DNA of 61,643 nucleotides, the filler included, from Bdellovibrionota bacterium (GTDB lineage Bacteria > Bdellovibrionota > Bdellovibrionia > Bdellovibrionales > JAEYZS01), in the NCBI GenBank assembly GCA_963169515.1. It is 3 parts of 3 records of this genome, joined end to end, with 100 filler letters (N's around TTAATTAATTAA, not from the genome) between each part and the next. Parts side by side here need not be neighbours in the genome. Positions count along the whole stretch, not along the records: positions 1 to 29,221 come from CAUJEF010000087.1; 2 more parts are not named here. The stretch is one strand, 5' to 3'. Below are positions 9,495 through 20,011 of this stretch, piece after piece. The position numbers and the translations under genes are program-made. Position 1 is the first letter of the stretch. Each line of letters begins with the position of its first letter. The notes beneath the pieces were generated by a model that saw only the letters and a program-made list of their open reading frames with translations, searched no databases and had not been told where the DNA came from.

Positions 9495-9877
9495 CACTGT
9501 TGGGTATTTGGATTTGTCTCTGAACACAAGTGTTTTTTATATCGGACATCGCCACATTCGCGAACCCATACATCCTCGTCGGAGACACATTCAGCATCTT
9601 CGCGGTACCACGGGGTGCAGATCATGGAAAGAGCGTTCGGATTTCCGTTCCAGCAAAATGTTTCATTGTCCCAAATATGTTCACACTGGCGTCGCCAAAC
9701 TTTCGTTCTTGCTCCGTCAACCAAAACACAAGATACGCTGCTATCTAAAACCCATGCAGAACATGGCCCATTCAATTTGATTGGGGCGTTTGGAACAATT
9801 GTTTCAACGTGGTGGTGATCGTTATGATTTTGAGCATAAGCGCCCAATGTTAATAAAAAGCTAAATAATACTGTCAT
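9494..9877 (-). CDS. Small secreted Cys-rich protein with two internal repeats
   Basis: Signal peptide ending AYA, His-rich N-terminus, 8 Cys in two CxxW...C...VWxRxC...CxxxNPN units; AGGGGG RBS. Confidence 0.7.
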   Translation of the reverse strand: MTVLFSFLLTLGAYAQNHNDHHHVETIVPNAPIKLNGPCSAWVLDSSVSCVLVDGARTKVWRRQCEHIWDNETFCWNGNPNALSMICTPWYREDAECVSDEDVWVRECGDVRYKKHLCSETNPNTQQ

Positions 9878-10031
9878 GGTTTCCCCCTGGACTTCTCATT
9901 TCCTACAATAACGGTTCGCCCAAAACAACCCTTTTTATGGGGATTTGCTTAATAAACCTTCACCCCAGGGAATTTAGGCCGAGATAAATAATGCATTGTC
10001 ACTTTGGGAGGTTAGGGCTTAAATTTTACTT

Positions 10032-11114
10032 ATGGGTAAGATCAGGGTTGCGATTCTTTTTGGCGGGCAGTCTGCGGAGCACGAAATTTCCATTTTATCA
10101 GCTCGTAACGTCTATAATGCTCTTAACCTTGAAAAATACGACCCTATTTTGATTGGAATCGATCCAACGGGGAAATGGCATTATAACCGAAACGCCCAAA
10201 ATCTTATAAATTCGGCCAAGCTAAAACCACTTCAAATCGGAGTCGAGGATAAAAATGTTATGGTCCAGCCAGGCCACCAGGCGGCATCTTTGGTGGTTGC
10301 AAATGATGGTGGCAAAATGATCGATGTCGTGTTCCCGATTTTACACGGGCCTTTTGGAGAAGATGGAACCATACAGGGTATGTTAAAGCTTTTAAATATT
10401 CCTTTTGTGGGGCCGGGCGTATTGGGCTCTGCTGTTTCTATGGATAAAGATGTTATGAAGCATCTTTTGAAAGGTGCGGGGATCTTAGTTTCTAAATGGG
10501 TGACTATCAGCCGTGGTAATAAATTTGACTACGCAACAATCCGAAAAAAGCTTGGATCAACTCTTTTTGTGAAACCAGCTAATATGGGTTCGTCCATAGG
10601 TGTAAGTAAAGTAACTAACAAACAAGAATTTGAAGCCGCAATTGCCGACGCGTTTCAATACGATCACAAAATTATTGTCGAAGAACAGATCAAGGGACGT
10701 GAAATCGAATGCGCAGTGCTTGGAAACGAAAATCCGAAGGCCTCTGTACCAGGAGAAGTTATTCCAAAGGATGGATTTTACTCTTACGAAAACAAATATG
10801 TAAACGAAGATGGTGCTAAAATTGTAATTCCAGCGAAGATATCAAAACAACTTCAAAAGAAGGTTCAAGTCGCTGCGATCAAAGCATTTAAAGCCTTGTG
10901 CTGCGAGGGCATGGCACGAGTCGATTTTTTTATTACAAAAGCTGGAAAAATATATGTCAACGAAGCTAATACAATTCCAGGTTTTACAAATATCAGTATG
11001 TATCCCAAAATGTGGGAAGCTAGCGGCGTCAGCTATGCCGACTTGGTTGATAAATTAATTCAGCTTGCGATCCAGCGCCATGAACGGGATTTAAAACTCC
11101 GGACGCGAAAATAA
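10032..11114 (+). CDS. ddl: D-alanine--D-alanine ligase
   Basis: GGQSAEHEIS, LHGPFGEDGTIQG, KPANMGSS, FYSYENKY omega loop, NEANTIPGFT. Confidence 0.95.
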   Translation: MGKIRVAILFGGQSAEHEISILSARNVYNALNLEKYDPILIGIDPTGKWHYNRNAQNLINSAKLKPLQIGVEDKNVMVQPGHQAASLVVANDGGKMIDVVFPILHGPFGEDGTIQGMLKLLNIPFVGPGVLGSAVSMDKDVMKHLLKGAGILVSKWVTISRGNKFDYATIRKKLGSTLFVKPANMGSSIGVSKVTNKQEFEAAIADAFQYDHKIIVEEQIKGREIECAVLGNENPKASVPGEVIPKDGFYSYENKYVNEDGAKIVIPAKISKQLQKKVQVAAIKAFKALCCEGMARVDFFITKAGKIYVNEANTIPGFTNISMYPKMWEASGVSYADLVDKLIQLAIQRHERDLKLRTRK

Positions 11115-11135
11115 TCCGACGCCGAATGGTTGCTG

Positions 11136-11160
11136 CGCCGTCTCCTGAAAGGGAACGGCG
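11136..11160. terminator. GC-rich hairpin between convergent ddl and valS
   Basis: cgccgtctcc-tgaaa-gggaacggcg imperfect stem; no strong U-tract. Confidence 0.35.
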
Positions 11161-11163
11161 TAC

Positions 11164-13833
11164 CTATTTTAAGCGTTCGAGGCTTTCTTGGATGGTTTGA
11201 GTTTGCTCCACAAGCTGTTCAAGACGTGCCTTTTCGGTTTCGACGATGTCAGGTGGGGCGTTCTTCATGAAGCTATCGTCGGATAATTTTTTATGCGTAA
11301 TTTCAATATCCTTTTGAGCCTTTTCGAGATTTTTTTGCAAACGCGCAATTTCTGCACCTAAATCAACAAGGCCCTCCAGAGGAACAATAACGCTCATCTT
11401 GTCTTGTCCAATTTGGATAAGCTGCAGCGCTGATTTTGTGGCGGAAAGATTGCTTCCAATTTCAAAACCATCCACGTTAGCCATTTTTGTAAATGCGCTC
11501 TGGTTTTTCGTTAAGATTTCGTTTAATCGAATACTTGCGGTAGACAATCGAATATTTATTTTCTGGCCGGGTTTAATTTGATTTTCGCCACGAATATTTC
11601 TTAGCGCTGAAATTGCCTCTTTGATCACATTCAATTCAAAGGCTTTCTCTTTATCGGAAGCGGACAACCACACACGGTCATTTTCTGAAGTTGGATATGC
11701 ATCAACAATACAAGCTTCGTTTTTAATAGGGAGCTTTTGATAGAGTTCTTCGGTGATAAATGGAATAAACGGATGAAGAAGCCGCATGATGCGATTTAGT
11801 GTTCCGGCCAAAACCTTTGCCGTTTCGTTTTTTTGGTAAATGTCGTCACCATACATGATTGGTTTAATAAACTCTAAATACCAATCACAGAAATCATTCC
11901 ACACAAATGAATACAAGGTGTTTGCGGCTTCAGAAATGCGATGGGAATCTAAATAATCGTCAACTTGTTCTTGTGTTTCTTTTAATCGAGAAATAATCCA
12001 ATGATCTGCCAGTGACATGGCCTCTGGATTAATTGACTCGTTCAAACTTTTGTATTCTTTTAAATTTGTAAGTGCAAAACGAGTTGCATTCCAAATTTTA
12101 TTCATAAAATTGCGATAGCCTTCAAGGCGTTTTTCTGAAAACTTGAGATCTTTTCCAGACGCTACAGAGGAAAGCAACGTAAATCTCAAAGCATCGGCTC
12201 CGTATTTTTCGATCATGTCAAGGGGATCAACGCCGTTACCTAACGACTTTGACATTTTCCGTCCTTGGGAATCGCGAATCAGGCCATGGATGTAAACATG
12301 GCGAAATGGAATATCCTTAGCAAAATGAAGCCCATTCATAATCATTCTTGCAACCCAAAAGAAAATAATATCGTGCCCAGTCACCATCAATGATGTTGGG
12401 TAAAATGTTTTAAAGCTTTCGGTCTGTTCGGGCCACCCCAACGTACTGAACGGCCAAAGCCCAGAACTGAACCATGTATCTAAAACGTCATCGTCTTGTT
12501 TTAAGTTTTTTGATTTACACTTGTCACATTCCACAGGATTTTTTTCAGATACAACAACGTGTTTACAATCCTCGCAATACCATGCCGGGATGCGATGGCC
12601 CCACCAGAGCTGCCGGGAAATGCACCAGTCTTGTATGTTATTCATCCAATGCAAATAAGTTTTTGCCCACATCTCAGGAATAAATTCAATGGTTCCGCTT
12701 TCAACAACGTGTTTTGCAGGTCGGGCGAGCTTGTGAATTGCAACAAACCACTGATCAGACAAATAAGGTTCTACAACTTGTCCGGTTCTCTCTGAAACAG
12801 GGACAACTTGTTTGTGTGGCTCTTCTTTCTCCAACAATCCTTGGGCCGCAAGATCTTCTAGCACTTTTTTACGAGCGGGTTGAACCTTCAATCCTTGATA
12901 AGGTCCTGCGTTCGAATTCAGTGTTCCATTTGTGTTCAAAATATTTATGAATTGTAGCTTGTGGCGTTTTCCAATTTCGTAATCATTAAAATCATGTGCG
13001 GGCGTCATTTTTACAACACCAGATCCGAATGTTTGATCCACATATTCGTCGGCAATAATTGGTATCTTCCGACCCAACAAAGGCAAAACAACATTTTTTC
13101 CTATATGCTTTCTGTATCGATCGTCGCTGGGGTGAACACAAACGGCAGTGTCGCCTAACATTGTTTCTGGTCGGGTCGTTGCAACAATCATAAATTCGTT
13201 CATGCCTTCGATTGGATATTTAATATGCCACAAGGTTCCTTTGCGCTCCTCGTTTTCGACCTCAAGGTCAGAGACCGCAGTTTCCAGTTGCGTATCCCAG
13301 TTCACCAAGCGTTGGCCGCGGTAGATTAGGCCTTCTTTATATAAGCTCACAAAAACTTTTCGAACTGCGGCAGACACATCATCATCTAGCGTAAATTTAA
13401 TTCGTCCCCAATCGGCCGAATCCCCGAGCTTCTTGCATTGTTCGATAATTCGATTTCCATACGTTTCTTTCCATTCCCAAACTTTTTCCAAAAATTTTTC
13501 GCGGCCCAAGTCGCGACGTTTTAAGCCTTGCTTTAATAGCTCTTTTTCAACAACAAGTTGGGTAGAAATGCCGGCATGATCTGTTCCCGGCAAAAACAAA
13601 GCATTAAAGCCTGACATTCGTTTCCATCGAGTAAATAGATCTTGGATGGTTTGATCTAATGCATGACCCAAATGAAGCGAGCCGGTCACGTTTGGCGGCG
13701 GCATAATCAGGCTAAATGGGGGTTTGGTCGAGATGTCTTCGGCTTTGAAATAATTGTTTTTCATCCAAAAGAGATAGTTTTTGTCTTCAACTTCAAGATG
13801 ATTATAGCGATCCGACAGTTCGTTCGTGCTCAA
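11164..13833 (-). CDS. valS: Valine--tRNA ligase
   Basis: PPPNVTGSLHLGH, DWCISRQLWWGH, KMSKS, C-terminal coiled coil. Start probably TTG 13833; ORF open to 13854. Confidence 0.97.
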   Translation of the reverse strand: MSTNELSDRYNHLEVEDKNYLFWMKNNYFKAEDISTKPPFSLIMPPPNVTGSLHLGHALDQTIQDLFTRWKRMSGFNALFLPGTDHAGISTQLVVEKELLKQGLKRRDLGREKFLEKVWEWKETYGNRIIEQCKKLGDSADWGRIKFTLDDDVSAAVRKVFVSLYKEGLIYRGQRLVNWDTQLETAVSDLEVENEERKGTLWHIKYPIEGMNEFMIVATTRPETMLGDTAVCVHPSDDRYRKHIGKNVVLPLLGRKIPIIADEYVDQTFGSGVVKMTPAHDFNDYEIGKRHKLQFINILNTNGTLNSNAGPYQGLKVQPARKKVLEDLAAQGLLEKEEPHKQVVPVSERTGQVVEPYLSDQWFVAIHKLARPAKHVVESGTIEFIPEMWAKTYLHWMNNIQDWCISRQLWWGHRIPAWYCEDCKHVVVSEKNPVECDKCKSKNLKQDDDVLDTWFSSGLWPFSTLGWPEQTESFKTFYPTSLMVTGHDIIFFWVARMIMNGLHFAKDIPFRHVYIHGLIRDSQGRKMSKSLGNGVDPLDMIEKYGADALRFTLLSSVASGKDLKFSEKRLEGYRNFMNKIWNATRFALTNLKEYKSLNESINPEAMSLADHWIISRLKETQEQVDDYLDSHRISEAANTLYSFVWNDFCDWYLEFIKPIMYGDDIYQKNETAKVLAGTLNRIMRLLHPFIPFITEELYQKLPIKNEACIVDAYPTSENDRVWLSASDKEKAFELNVIKEAISALRNIRGENQIKPGQKINIRLSTASIRLNEILTKNQSAFTKMANVDGFEIGSNLSATKSALQLIQIGQDKMSVIVPLEGLVDLGAEIARLQKNLEKAQKDIEITHKKLSDDSFMKNAPPDIVETEKARLEQLVEQTQTIQESLERLK

Positions 13834-13872
13834 GTAAGAAATTCCCCTATACAATTAGGGGGTTAGAATACT

Positions 13873-14121
13873 TTACCGGGTTGCTTTAGGCAAAGGCTTT
13901 TCTGAATTCCGCGTGTCTTCTATGTTTTCTGGCGGTATCTGCTTAGGATCCTTATTGAAAGCGTTAACTTGTGCTGCAAGGTTAATATGCGAAAAAATAA
14001 TGGACAGGTCTTCGGGTGTGCCCTTTTTTTGCTGATCTTTATTGGCAGAGGCTACCGCTGAAATGAATATTAGACTCAAAATCCCCAATGAAAAAATTTT
14101 AAAAAAACTTTCTCCACCCAT
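13873..14121 (-). CDS. Small exported hypothetical protein
   Basis: GGAGG RBS; signal peptide ending ASA. Confidence 0.6.
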   Translation of the reverse strand: MGGESFFKIFSLGILSLIFISAVASANKDQQKKGTPEDLSIIFSHINLAAQVNAFNKDPKQIPPENIEDTRNSEKPLPKATR

Positions 14122-14157
14122 AAATACGTTCCTCCGACGTTCCGCGAGCCTTCATTG

Positions 14158-14173
14158 TGCAACGACTGAACCG
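14158..14173 (-). promoter_or_regulatory. Putative sigma54 promoter
   Basis: Minus strand CGGTTCAGTCGTTGCA, GG-N10-GC spacing. Confidence 0.5.
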
Positions 14174-14256
14174 GCTTCAGACGTAGTATACATCTTTAAA
14201 GGTAAATGGAGAGCCCTTTTTGGGCTCTTCATGCGGAATTTGGGCGACTGTATAAA

Positions 14257-15057
14257 TTAACGGCAGCGCCTCCATTTAATTTGGTACTCGATTCCCGGGG
14301 TAACAGTGGTGTCGATACTGTCGACCGACGCCAGTGCGTCAGCTTGCATATTTTGATTTTGCAGAACCAAGCGAGAGAAGATTCCAAGGTTCAAACGATT
14401 TGAACATGCGGACCATTTTGTGTCAAATCTGCTGCCATCCATGATTCGACCAGATCCCTGTCCTTCAATCGGAATAACAGAGAAAAAATATTCATCCATC
14501 ACGGGACCGACAATTGTGTTTGTTTTTGTACTGAAACTTTGAGGACGAATATTGGGGTAATCGGGACTTGTGATCGAATATGTTCCTGTTGCGTGCATAT
14601 TAGCCCCGAGTGGAAGTGAAGCCAGGCCGCGAAAGTCTACTTGTGTGATCATAATCTGGTAACTACCATTTACGATTTGTAATGGAATGTGTATTTGACA
14701 AGATTTGATATCTCCCCGTATGCCAGTGCCCGGCCCCGCTTGAGTGATAAACTCATTGAACAAAATAGAGATCACTTGTTGATCGGGGCTGAGTACTGAA
14801 ACCACCGTACCAACAGGACAACCGGTTCCGTTGTATGTTGGATCGGACATCGCAACCAATGGCGGCTCGTTTGCGCTAAATGGCGGTGGTGTCGGTCGTA
14901 CTGGCGGTGGCCTCGGTTGCAGAATAGGGGGGCGGATCAGGGGTGGTCGCACTCTGGCATAAGATTCAGTTACAGTGCAAATAATTAAAAATAAGAATAA
15001 GGAACTAAAGCTGATTATTTTGTTCAATGTCGCCCCCTTTGCTACACGTTTTCCCAT
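14257..15057 (-). CDS. Secreted DUF4360-type protein with Pro-rich linker
   Basis: Signal peptide, Pro-rich linker, YNGTGCP.GT, KSCQI, VDFRG, WSAC, SVDSID, terminal WRRC. Confidence 0.8.
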   Translation of the reverse strand: MGKRVAKGATLNKIISFSSLFLFLIICTVTESYARVRPPLIRPPILQPRPPPVRPTPPPFSANEPPLVAMSDPTYNGTGCPVGTVVSVLSPDQQVISILFNEFITQAGPGTGIRGDIKSCQIHIPLQIVNGSYQIMITQVDFRGLASLPLGANMHATGTYSITSPDYPNIRPQSFSTKTNTIVGPVMDEYFFSVIPIEGQGSGRIMDGSRFDTKWSACSNRLNLGIFSRLVLQNQNMQADALASVDSIDTTVTPGIEYQIKWRRCR

Positions 15058-15081
15058 TGCGAGAAAACTGGAAGTCTATAA

Positions 15082-15097
15082 AGCAAAGAGTATTCCA
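15082..15097 (-). promoter_or_regulatory. Putative sigma54 promoter
   Basis: Minus strand TGGAATACTCTTTGCT, 25 nt upstream of the ATG. Confidence 0.65.
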
Positions 15098-15138
15098 CGT
15101 TTAATCGTGCTTTATGTCCTGAACTGGTGTCGTATTGA

Positions 15139-16305
15139 CTATTTGTACGCGGGGATTCCGGTGATGTGTTCGCCGAGAATGAGGCGGTGAATATCCTCTG
15201 TCCCTTCGTATGTATTAACGCTTTCAAGATTCATCATGTGACGGCCACACTGATATTCGTGGGTGATGCCGCTTGCCCCCAATATATCACGTGCTGTGCG
15301 TGCGATATCTAAAGCCAAAGAGACATTATTCATTTTGGCCATTGAAATTTGTTGTGGAATTTCTTTTCCAGCATCCTTCATTTTTCCCAGTTTCCAGCAG
15401 AGCAACTGTGCTTTCGTGATTTCAGTGAACATCCACACAAGTTTTGCTTGAACAAGTTGGAACCCGGCAATTGGCTTGTCAAACTGAACACGATGTTTCG
15501 CATATTCAAGCGCTTCAGTGTAGCACGCTTGAGCTGCGCCAATGGCCCCCCAGCCAATACCATATCGAGCTTGGTTTAAACACGAAAAGGGTCCTTTGAA
15601 CCCTTCAACTTGCAACTGGTTTTTCTTTGGGACACGGCAGTCTTCAAAAATTAATTCACTAGTTACAGATGCGCGTAAGGAATATTTTTTTTCAATGTCT
15701 CGGACTGTAAATCCTTTTAAATCTCTGTCTACGATTAATCCGATTACTTTACCTTGCTCGCTTTTTGCCCAGACGATTGCAAGCTGGCTGATCCCACCAT
15801 TTGTAATCCACATTTTATTTCCATTTAAAACCCAGTGATCCCCATCGCTTTTTACGTTTGTTCTCATACCCGCAGGGTTTGACCCAAAATCCGGCTCTGT
15901 TAATCCAAAGCAGCCAATCACTTCTCCGGTTGCCATCTTTGGTAGGTATTTTTTCTTTTGATCTTCAGTTCCAAATGTTGCAATGGGGTACATACACAGC
16001 GCGCCTTGAACGCTCACAAAACTCCGCAACCCAGAATCCCCACGTTCTAGTTCCTGCATGATTAAGCCGTAAGATGTGTAATCTAGCCCAGCACAACCAT
16101 AGCCTTTAATAGTAGACCCCAAAAGACCAAGTTCTGCGATTTGGGGAATAAGCTGTTTTGGGAATTCACCTGCAACAAACCAATCTTCGATGTGGGGAAT
16201 GATTTCATTTGTAACAAATTGGCGGACAGAGTTCTGAATCATACGCTGTTCTTCATTGAGTAATTCGTCAATGTTGTAAAAATCAGGTGGATTGTATGCT
16301 TCCAT
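15139..16305 (-). CDS. gcdH: Acyl-CoA dehydrogenase, glutaryl-CoA dehydrogenase type
   Basis: ELERGDSGLRS, GCFGLTEPDFGSNP, KMWITN, NLESVNTYEGTEDIH; start at MEAYNPPDFY with GAGGAG RBS. Confidence 0.88.
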   Translation of the reverse strand: MEAYNPPDFYNIDELLNEEQRMIQNSVRQFVTNEIIPHIEDWFVAGEFPKQLIPQIAELGLLGSTIKGYGCAGLDYTSYGLIMQELERGDSGLRSFVSVQGALCMYPIATFGTEDQKKKYLPKMATGEVIGCFGLTEPDFGSNPAGMRTNVKSDGDHWVLNGNKMWITNGGISQLAIVWAKSEQGKVIGLIVDRDLKGFTVRDIEKKYSLRASVTSELIFEDCRVPKKNQLQVEGFKGPFSCLNQARYGIGWGAIGAAQACYTEALEYAKHRVQFDKPIAGFQLVQAKLVWMFTEITKAQLLCWKLGKMKDAGKEIPQQISMAKMNNVSLALDIARTARDILGASGITHEYQCGRHMMNLESVNTYEGTEDIHRLILGEHITGIPAYK

Positions 16306-16352
16306 GAGGTCTCCTCTGTTTGATCTCCAAAAGTAGGTTTTGAAAGGCATAC

Positions 16353-16380
16353 TAGGTGACATTAATCCTCTTGTCACCTA
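16353..16380. promoter_or_regulatory. Perfect 9-bp inverted repeat, candidate operator between gcdH and purD
   Basis: TAGGTGACA-N10-TGTCACCTA in a divergent intergenic region. Confidence 0.45.
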
Positions 16381-16429
16381 TAACTACAAAGTCCATTAAC
16401 AGGTGGAATTTTAAAGTAGGAAAATTTAT

Positions 16430-17692
16430 ATGCGGGTTTTGGTTATAGGTAACGGGGGTCGGGAAAGCGCAATAGTTCGAGCGCTTCGCTTTTCGCCATC
16501 CGTTACCGAGATTCACTGCATACCGGGAAACGCAGGTATTAAAAAATATGCGCTTTGCCACGATATTTCTACGCAAAATATTACAACGCTTGTTCAGTTT
16601 ATTCGAAAAACAAATATAAAGCTGGTTGTTATCGGTCCAGAACAACCCTTGTCTGAGGGGCTGGCAAATCAATTGCGGCAGAACGATATCGTTGTTTTTG
16701 GGCCTGATCAGAGATCTGCTCAATTGGAAGCTTCTAAAATTTTTTGTAAGAAATTTCTGGAGTCGGCAGGGATTCCAACCGGAAAATATTTTCAAGTTTC
16801 AAGCGTCGAAGAAGTATTAAAATATGCGGATCAGCTACCGGGTCCGTGGGTTATGAAAGCCGATGGCCTTGCCGCAGGCAAGGGCGTTATCATTGCAAAG
16901 ACCAAGAATGAATTGGTTCATTTTGCGCAAGCTATTTTTGTAGATCATAAATTGGGGGCTGCAGGAAGCGTAGCTCTATTGGAAGAACATTTGAGCGGAT
17001 GGGAGCTGAGCTATCTGGTTTTAACAAATGGGCGCGACTTTCAGACGTTGCCGTTAGCGCAGGATCATAAGCGCTTGTTAGATAGTGACGAAGGCCCGAA
17101 CACGGGCGGAATGGGTGCTGTAGCGCCGATTTCAATAACAGACGACGTTAATAAAATTATACAAGACAAGATCGTTCGTCCGTTTATTAAAAAATTAGAT
17201 GACGAAAAAATGGATTACCGAGGGGTTGTCTATTTTGGACTTATGATGACGACTACGGGTCCTAAGGTTCTTGAAATCAATACGCGATTTGGCGACCCAG
17301 AGGCCCAGGTTATTTTACCACTATTAGATGGTGATTGGGGGCTTGTGTTTCAAAGCATCGCTACGGGTGATGTGCCGGTGATGTCGTGGAAAGCTCTGCA
17401 TACTGCCTGTGTTGTGCTGGCAGCAAATGGTTATCCTGAAAATCCATCCAAGGGTGATGTCATTGAGGGTAGTGTCTTTCAAGAAACCAACTCTAGTTAT
17501 TTCATTCACGCAAGCTTAGGAACAAATTCGGAAAAAGACTATGTCACAAATGGCGGACGAGTTCTAGGCGCAGTTGGAATGGGATCGAGCCGAGAAGAGG
17601 CCCTAAAAAATGCTTACAACCAAACAAAGCTAGTTACGTGGCCCGGTATTTTTTTTAGGAAAGATATTGGGAAAAATCTACCAATCAACTGA
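16430..17692 (+). CDS. purD: Phosphoribosylamine--glycine ligase
   Basis: VLVIGNGGRE, KADGLAAGKGV, QDHKR...GPNTGGMGA, RFGDPE, GGRVL. Confidence 0.96.
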   Translation: MRVLVIGNGGRESAIVRALRFSPSVTEIHCIPGNAGIKKYALCHDISTQNITTLVQFIRKTNIKLVVIGPEQPLSEGLANQLRQNDIVVFGPDQRSAQLEASKIFCKKFLESAGIPTGKYFQVSSVEEVLKYADQLPGPWVMKADGLAAGKGVIIAKTKNELVHFAQAIFVDHKLGAAGSVALLEEHLSGWELSYLVLTNGRDFQTLPLAQDHKRLLDSDEGPNTGGMGAVAPISITDDVNKIIQDKIVRPFIKKLDDEKMDYRGVVYFGLMMTTTGPKVLEINTRFGDPEAQVILPLLDGDWGLVFQSIATGDVPVMSWKALHTACVVLAANGYPENPSKGDVIEGSVFQETNSSYFIHASLGTNSEKDYVTNGGRVLGAVGMGSSREEALKNAYNQTKLVTWPGIFFRKDIGKNLPIN

Positions 17693-18214
17693 AACATTAA
17701 GCGAGCTAATGTGTTCACCGGTTTGGTGTTTCAATTGAAATTGCGTGCTATCTGATATTTGTTCTGTCACAGTTAAATCAACATCGGCCTCTGCGGGCTT
17801 ATAAATTGCTGAAGCGTTGATAAGACCCGTATAATCAAACCGAGCTGCGGCCTGAAGTGGAATCAATTTAACTTTGATTTTATGTTCGATGCCTTCATCA
17901 CTTTTTACGGCAACTTCGGTCTGAACCTGTTGCTCAATCTTTTCCGCAGCTTGAATGATGCCGGGTGCTTCTGTTTTTACTAGTTGGTCTACGCTGCGGT
18001 TCAAGATGTCTCTTTGAATTTGAGTTGGGGTTGAATCTGCCTTTACATTTTGAGGCATAATTTTATTTACAGTAGCAACTGAAAAGAAGCCAGTTTCAGG
18101 CAGCTCTGCGGGGGCGCTAATTGGTGTAATTTCTTTTTCTGCACTAGGTACAAAAGCGCCCGCCTCGCCTGTCGTGAGTGTCATTATGATCATTATTTTA
18201 ATAAATGATTCCAT
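17678..18214 (-). CDS. Exported hypothetical protein
   Basis: Signal-peptide-like N-terminus; beta-strand-like C-terminus ending in Trp; preceded by a consensus sigma54 promoter. Confidence 0.65.
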   Translation of the reverse strand: MESFIKIMIIMTLTTGEAGAFVPSAEKEITPISAPAELPETGFFSVATVNKIMPQNVKADSTPTQIQRDILNRSVDQLVKTEAPGIIQAAEKIEQQVQTEVAVKSDEGIEHKIKVKLIPLQAAARFDYTGLINASAIYKPAEADVDLTVTEQISDSTQFQLKHQTGEHISSLNVSVDW

Positions 18215-18226
18215 ACTCTTACATAA

Positions 18227-18242
18227 AGCAAGGGGGGTGCCA
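18227..18242 (-). promoter_or_regulatory. Sigma54 promoter (consensus match)
   Basis: Minus strand TGGCACCCCCCTTGCT = TGGCAC-N5-TTGC. Confidence 0.8.
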
Positions 18243-18426
18243 AAGGACTGAATTCATTTCCCCTTAAATTGGATATTAACCCCATTCTTCATAGGGAAAG
18301 TGACTAGTTTGTTAGCAGCTGCTGATAATTCTGTGGTCATAAGGACAATATGTCTCAATATGAGATTTGTTGTCGCCTAAGATCAATAGTTACAATAGTT
18401 TGCTATCCAAAAGTCGAGAGGTAGCG

Positions 18427-19893
18427 CTAAATCGTTGCTGGCGGTTGCCGGTGGACGGTTACCGGACATACGGTGTCTGGCACCTTAAGGCCTTTTTTCT
18501 TTATTTTTTCGACGAGGGTGGTGCGGTTGAGCTTTAGCAATTGGGCGGCTTGGTTGCGGTTCCAGTTGGTTCTTTCAAGCGCTTTTAAGATCAGGGCGTT
18601 TTCATAGGCGTCGACGGCAGAATTAAAATCAATTCCTGTGTCGGGGATTGCTAGCTCACCTGAGGTTTCAATGTGCTGGCGATCTTTGTATTTGTCAGGC
18701 AGGTCTGAAACCTGAATCATACCGGTTCCTTTTAGGATTGCGATGCGCTCGACAAGATTTTCTAGTTCGCGCACATTCCCCGGCCAAGCATAATGAAACA
18801 ACAAATCTGCGGCTTCGGGTGCAACGCCCGATATATTTTTGTCTTTAGTTTTGTTGAAAATAGTCATGAAGTGGTGGAGCAAAACCGGTATATCTTCCCG
18901 ACGTTCTTTCAAAGATGGGATGTGGATCGGAATTACATTGAGTCTATAGTACAAATCTTCACGGAAGCGACCATCGCGTACAGCCTTTTCAAGGTCAATA
19001 TTCGTAGCGGCTACGATCCGCACATTGACCTCAATGGTCTTTGTCCCGCCAACAGGTTCGAACTGTCGTTCTTGAATTGCACGCAGTAACTTTACTTGTA
19101 GTGTTGGGCTCATTTCTCCAATTTCATCCAGGAACAAAGTTCCTCCGTCAGCCAACTCAAATCGGCCAATACGATTTGAGATTGCGCCGGTAAAAGCACC
19201 CTTGACGTGACCGAAAAGCTCGCTTTCTAAAAGCTCCGAAGGAATCGCTCCGCAGTTCACGGGAATGAGCCGTTTTGCCGCCCGCATGGAATTATAGTGA
19301 ATCGCCTTAGCGACAAGCTCTTTTCCTGTACCGGATTCGCCCTTGATCAATACCGTTGAATCGCTATCGGCTACCTTTTCGATCATTTTCAAAACGTCGA
19401 GCATTTTTTCGCTCGATCCAACAATGTTGTCGAACTTATATTTGCCTTGCAGCTGAGATTTTAAATTTTTGTTTTCTGCTATTAATTGGGTGTGATTGAT
19501 AGCTTTATCAATAAGGCTTGCAAGTTCTTCGATATTGAATGGTTTTGTTAAAAAATGAAAAGCACCGAGGCGAGTGGCGTGGACTGCAGTTTCAATTGTT
19601 CCGAAACCCGTAAGCACAATGAATTGTGTTTCGCTTTGGATTCGTTTGATTTCTTGGATAAGGTCGAGTCCGCTTCCGTCGGGCAATTGGAGGTCGACTA
19701 ATACGAGATCTATTTTTTGTTGGCCAGAACAGAGTTGAAGCGCTTCGTTTTTTGTTTGGGCAGTTACGACTTGATAACTTTTTTTGGTCAAAAGTCTAAA
19801 CAAAGCCGTCCTTAAGCTAGAATCGTCCTCAACAATCAAGAGCCTTCGTTCTTGCATTCGTACCCCTTCCAATAGGACCTTAAGTCCCCTCAT
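18427..19893 (-). CDS. NtrC-family sigma54-dependent response regulator
   Basis: Receiver (IVEDD, VDLQLPD, KPF), AAA+ GESGTGKE and GAFTGA, Fis-type HTH; start may be 19857. Confidence 0.95.
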   Translation of the reverse strand: MRGLKVLLEGVRMQERRLLIVEDDSSLRTALFRLLTKKSYQVVTAQTKNEALQLCSGQQKIDLVLVDLQLPDGSGLDLIQEIKRIQSETQFIVLTGFGTIETAVHATRLGAFHFLTKPFNIEELASLIDKAINHTQLIAENKNLKSQLQGKYKFDNIVGSSEKMLDVLKMIEKVADSDSTVLIKGESGTGKELVAKAIHYNSMRAAKRLIPVNCGAIPSELLESELFGHVKGAFTGAISNRIGRFELADGGTLFLDEIGEMSPTLQVKLLRAIQERQFEPVGGTKTIEVNVRIVAATNIDLEKAVRDGRFREDLYYRLNVIPIHIPSLKERREDIPVLLHHFMTIFNKTKDKNISGVAPEAADLLFHYAWPGNVRELENLVERIAILKGTGMIQVSDLPDKYKDRQHIETSGELAIPDTGIDFNSAVDAYENALILKALERTNWNRNQAAQLLKLNRTTLVEKIKKKGLKVPDTVCPVTVHRQPPATI

Positions 19894-20011
19894 AGGACTT
19901 TCAGTTTTAAAAATTTTCTAAGAAGTAATCTTACGCGCGATGTTGTTATTCAATGGTAAGTTGAATTATTGGCGCTGTCAATTTTGCCTGCCAATGTTTT
20001 GAATTCAAGAG

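Noticed and set aside
10032..11114. VanA-type D-Ala-D-Lac ligase
   Set aside because: Omega loop FYSYENKY has the Tyr of D-Ala-D-Ala ligases, and no vanH/vanX neighbours are present.
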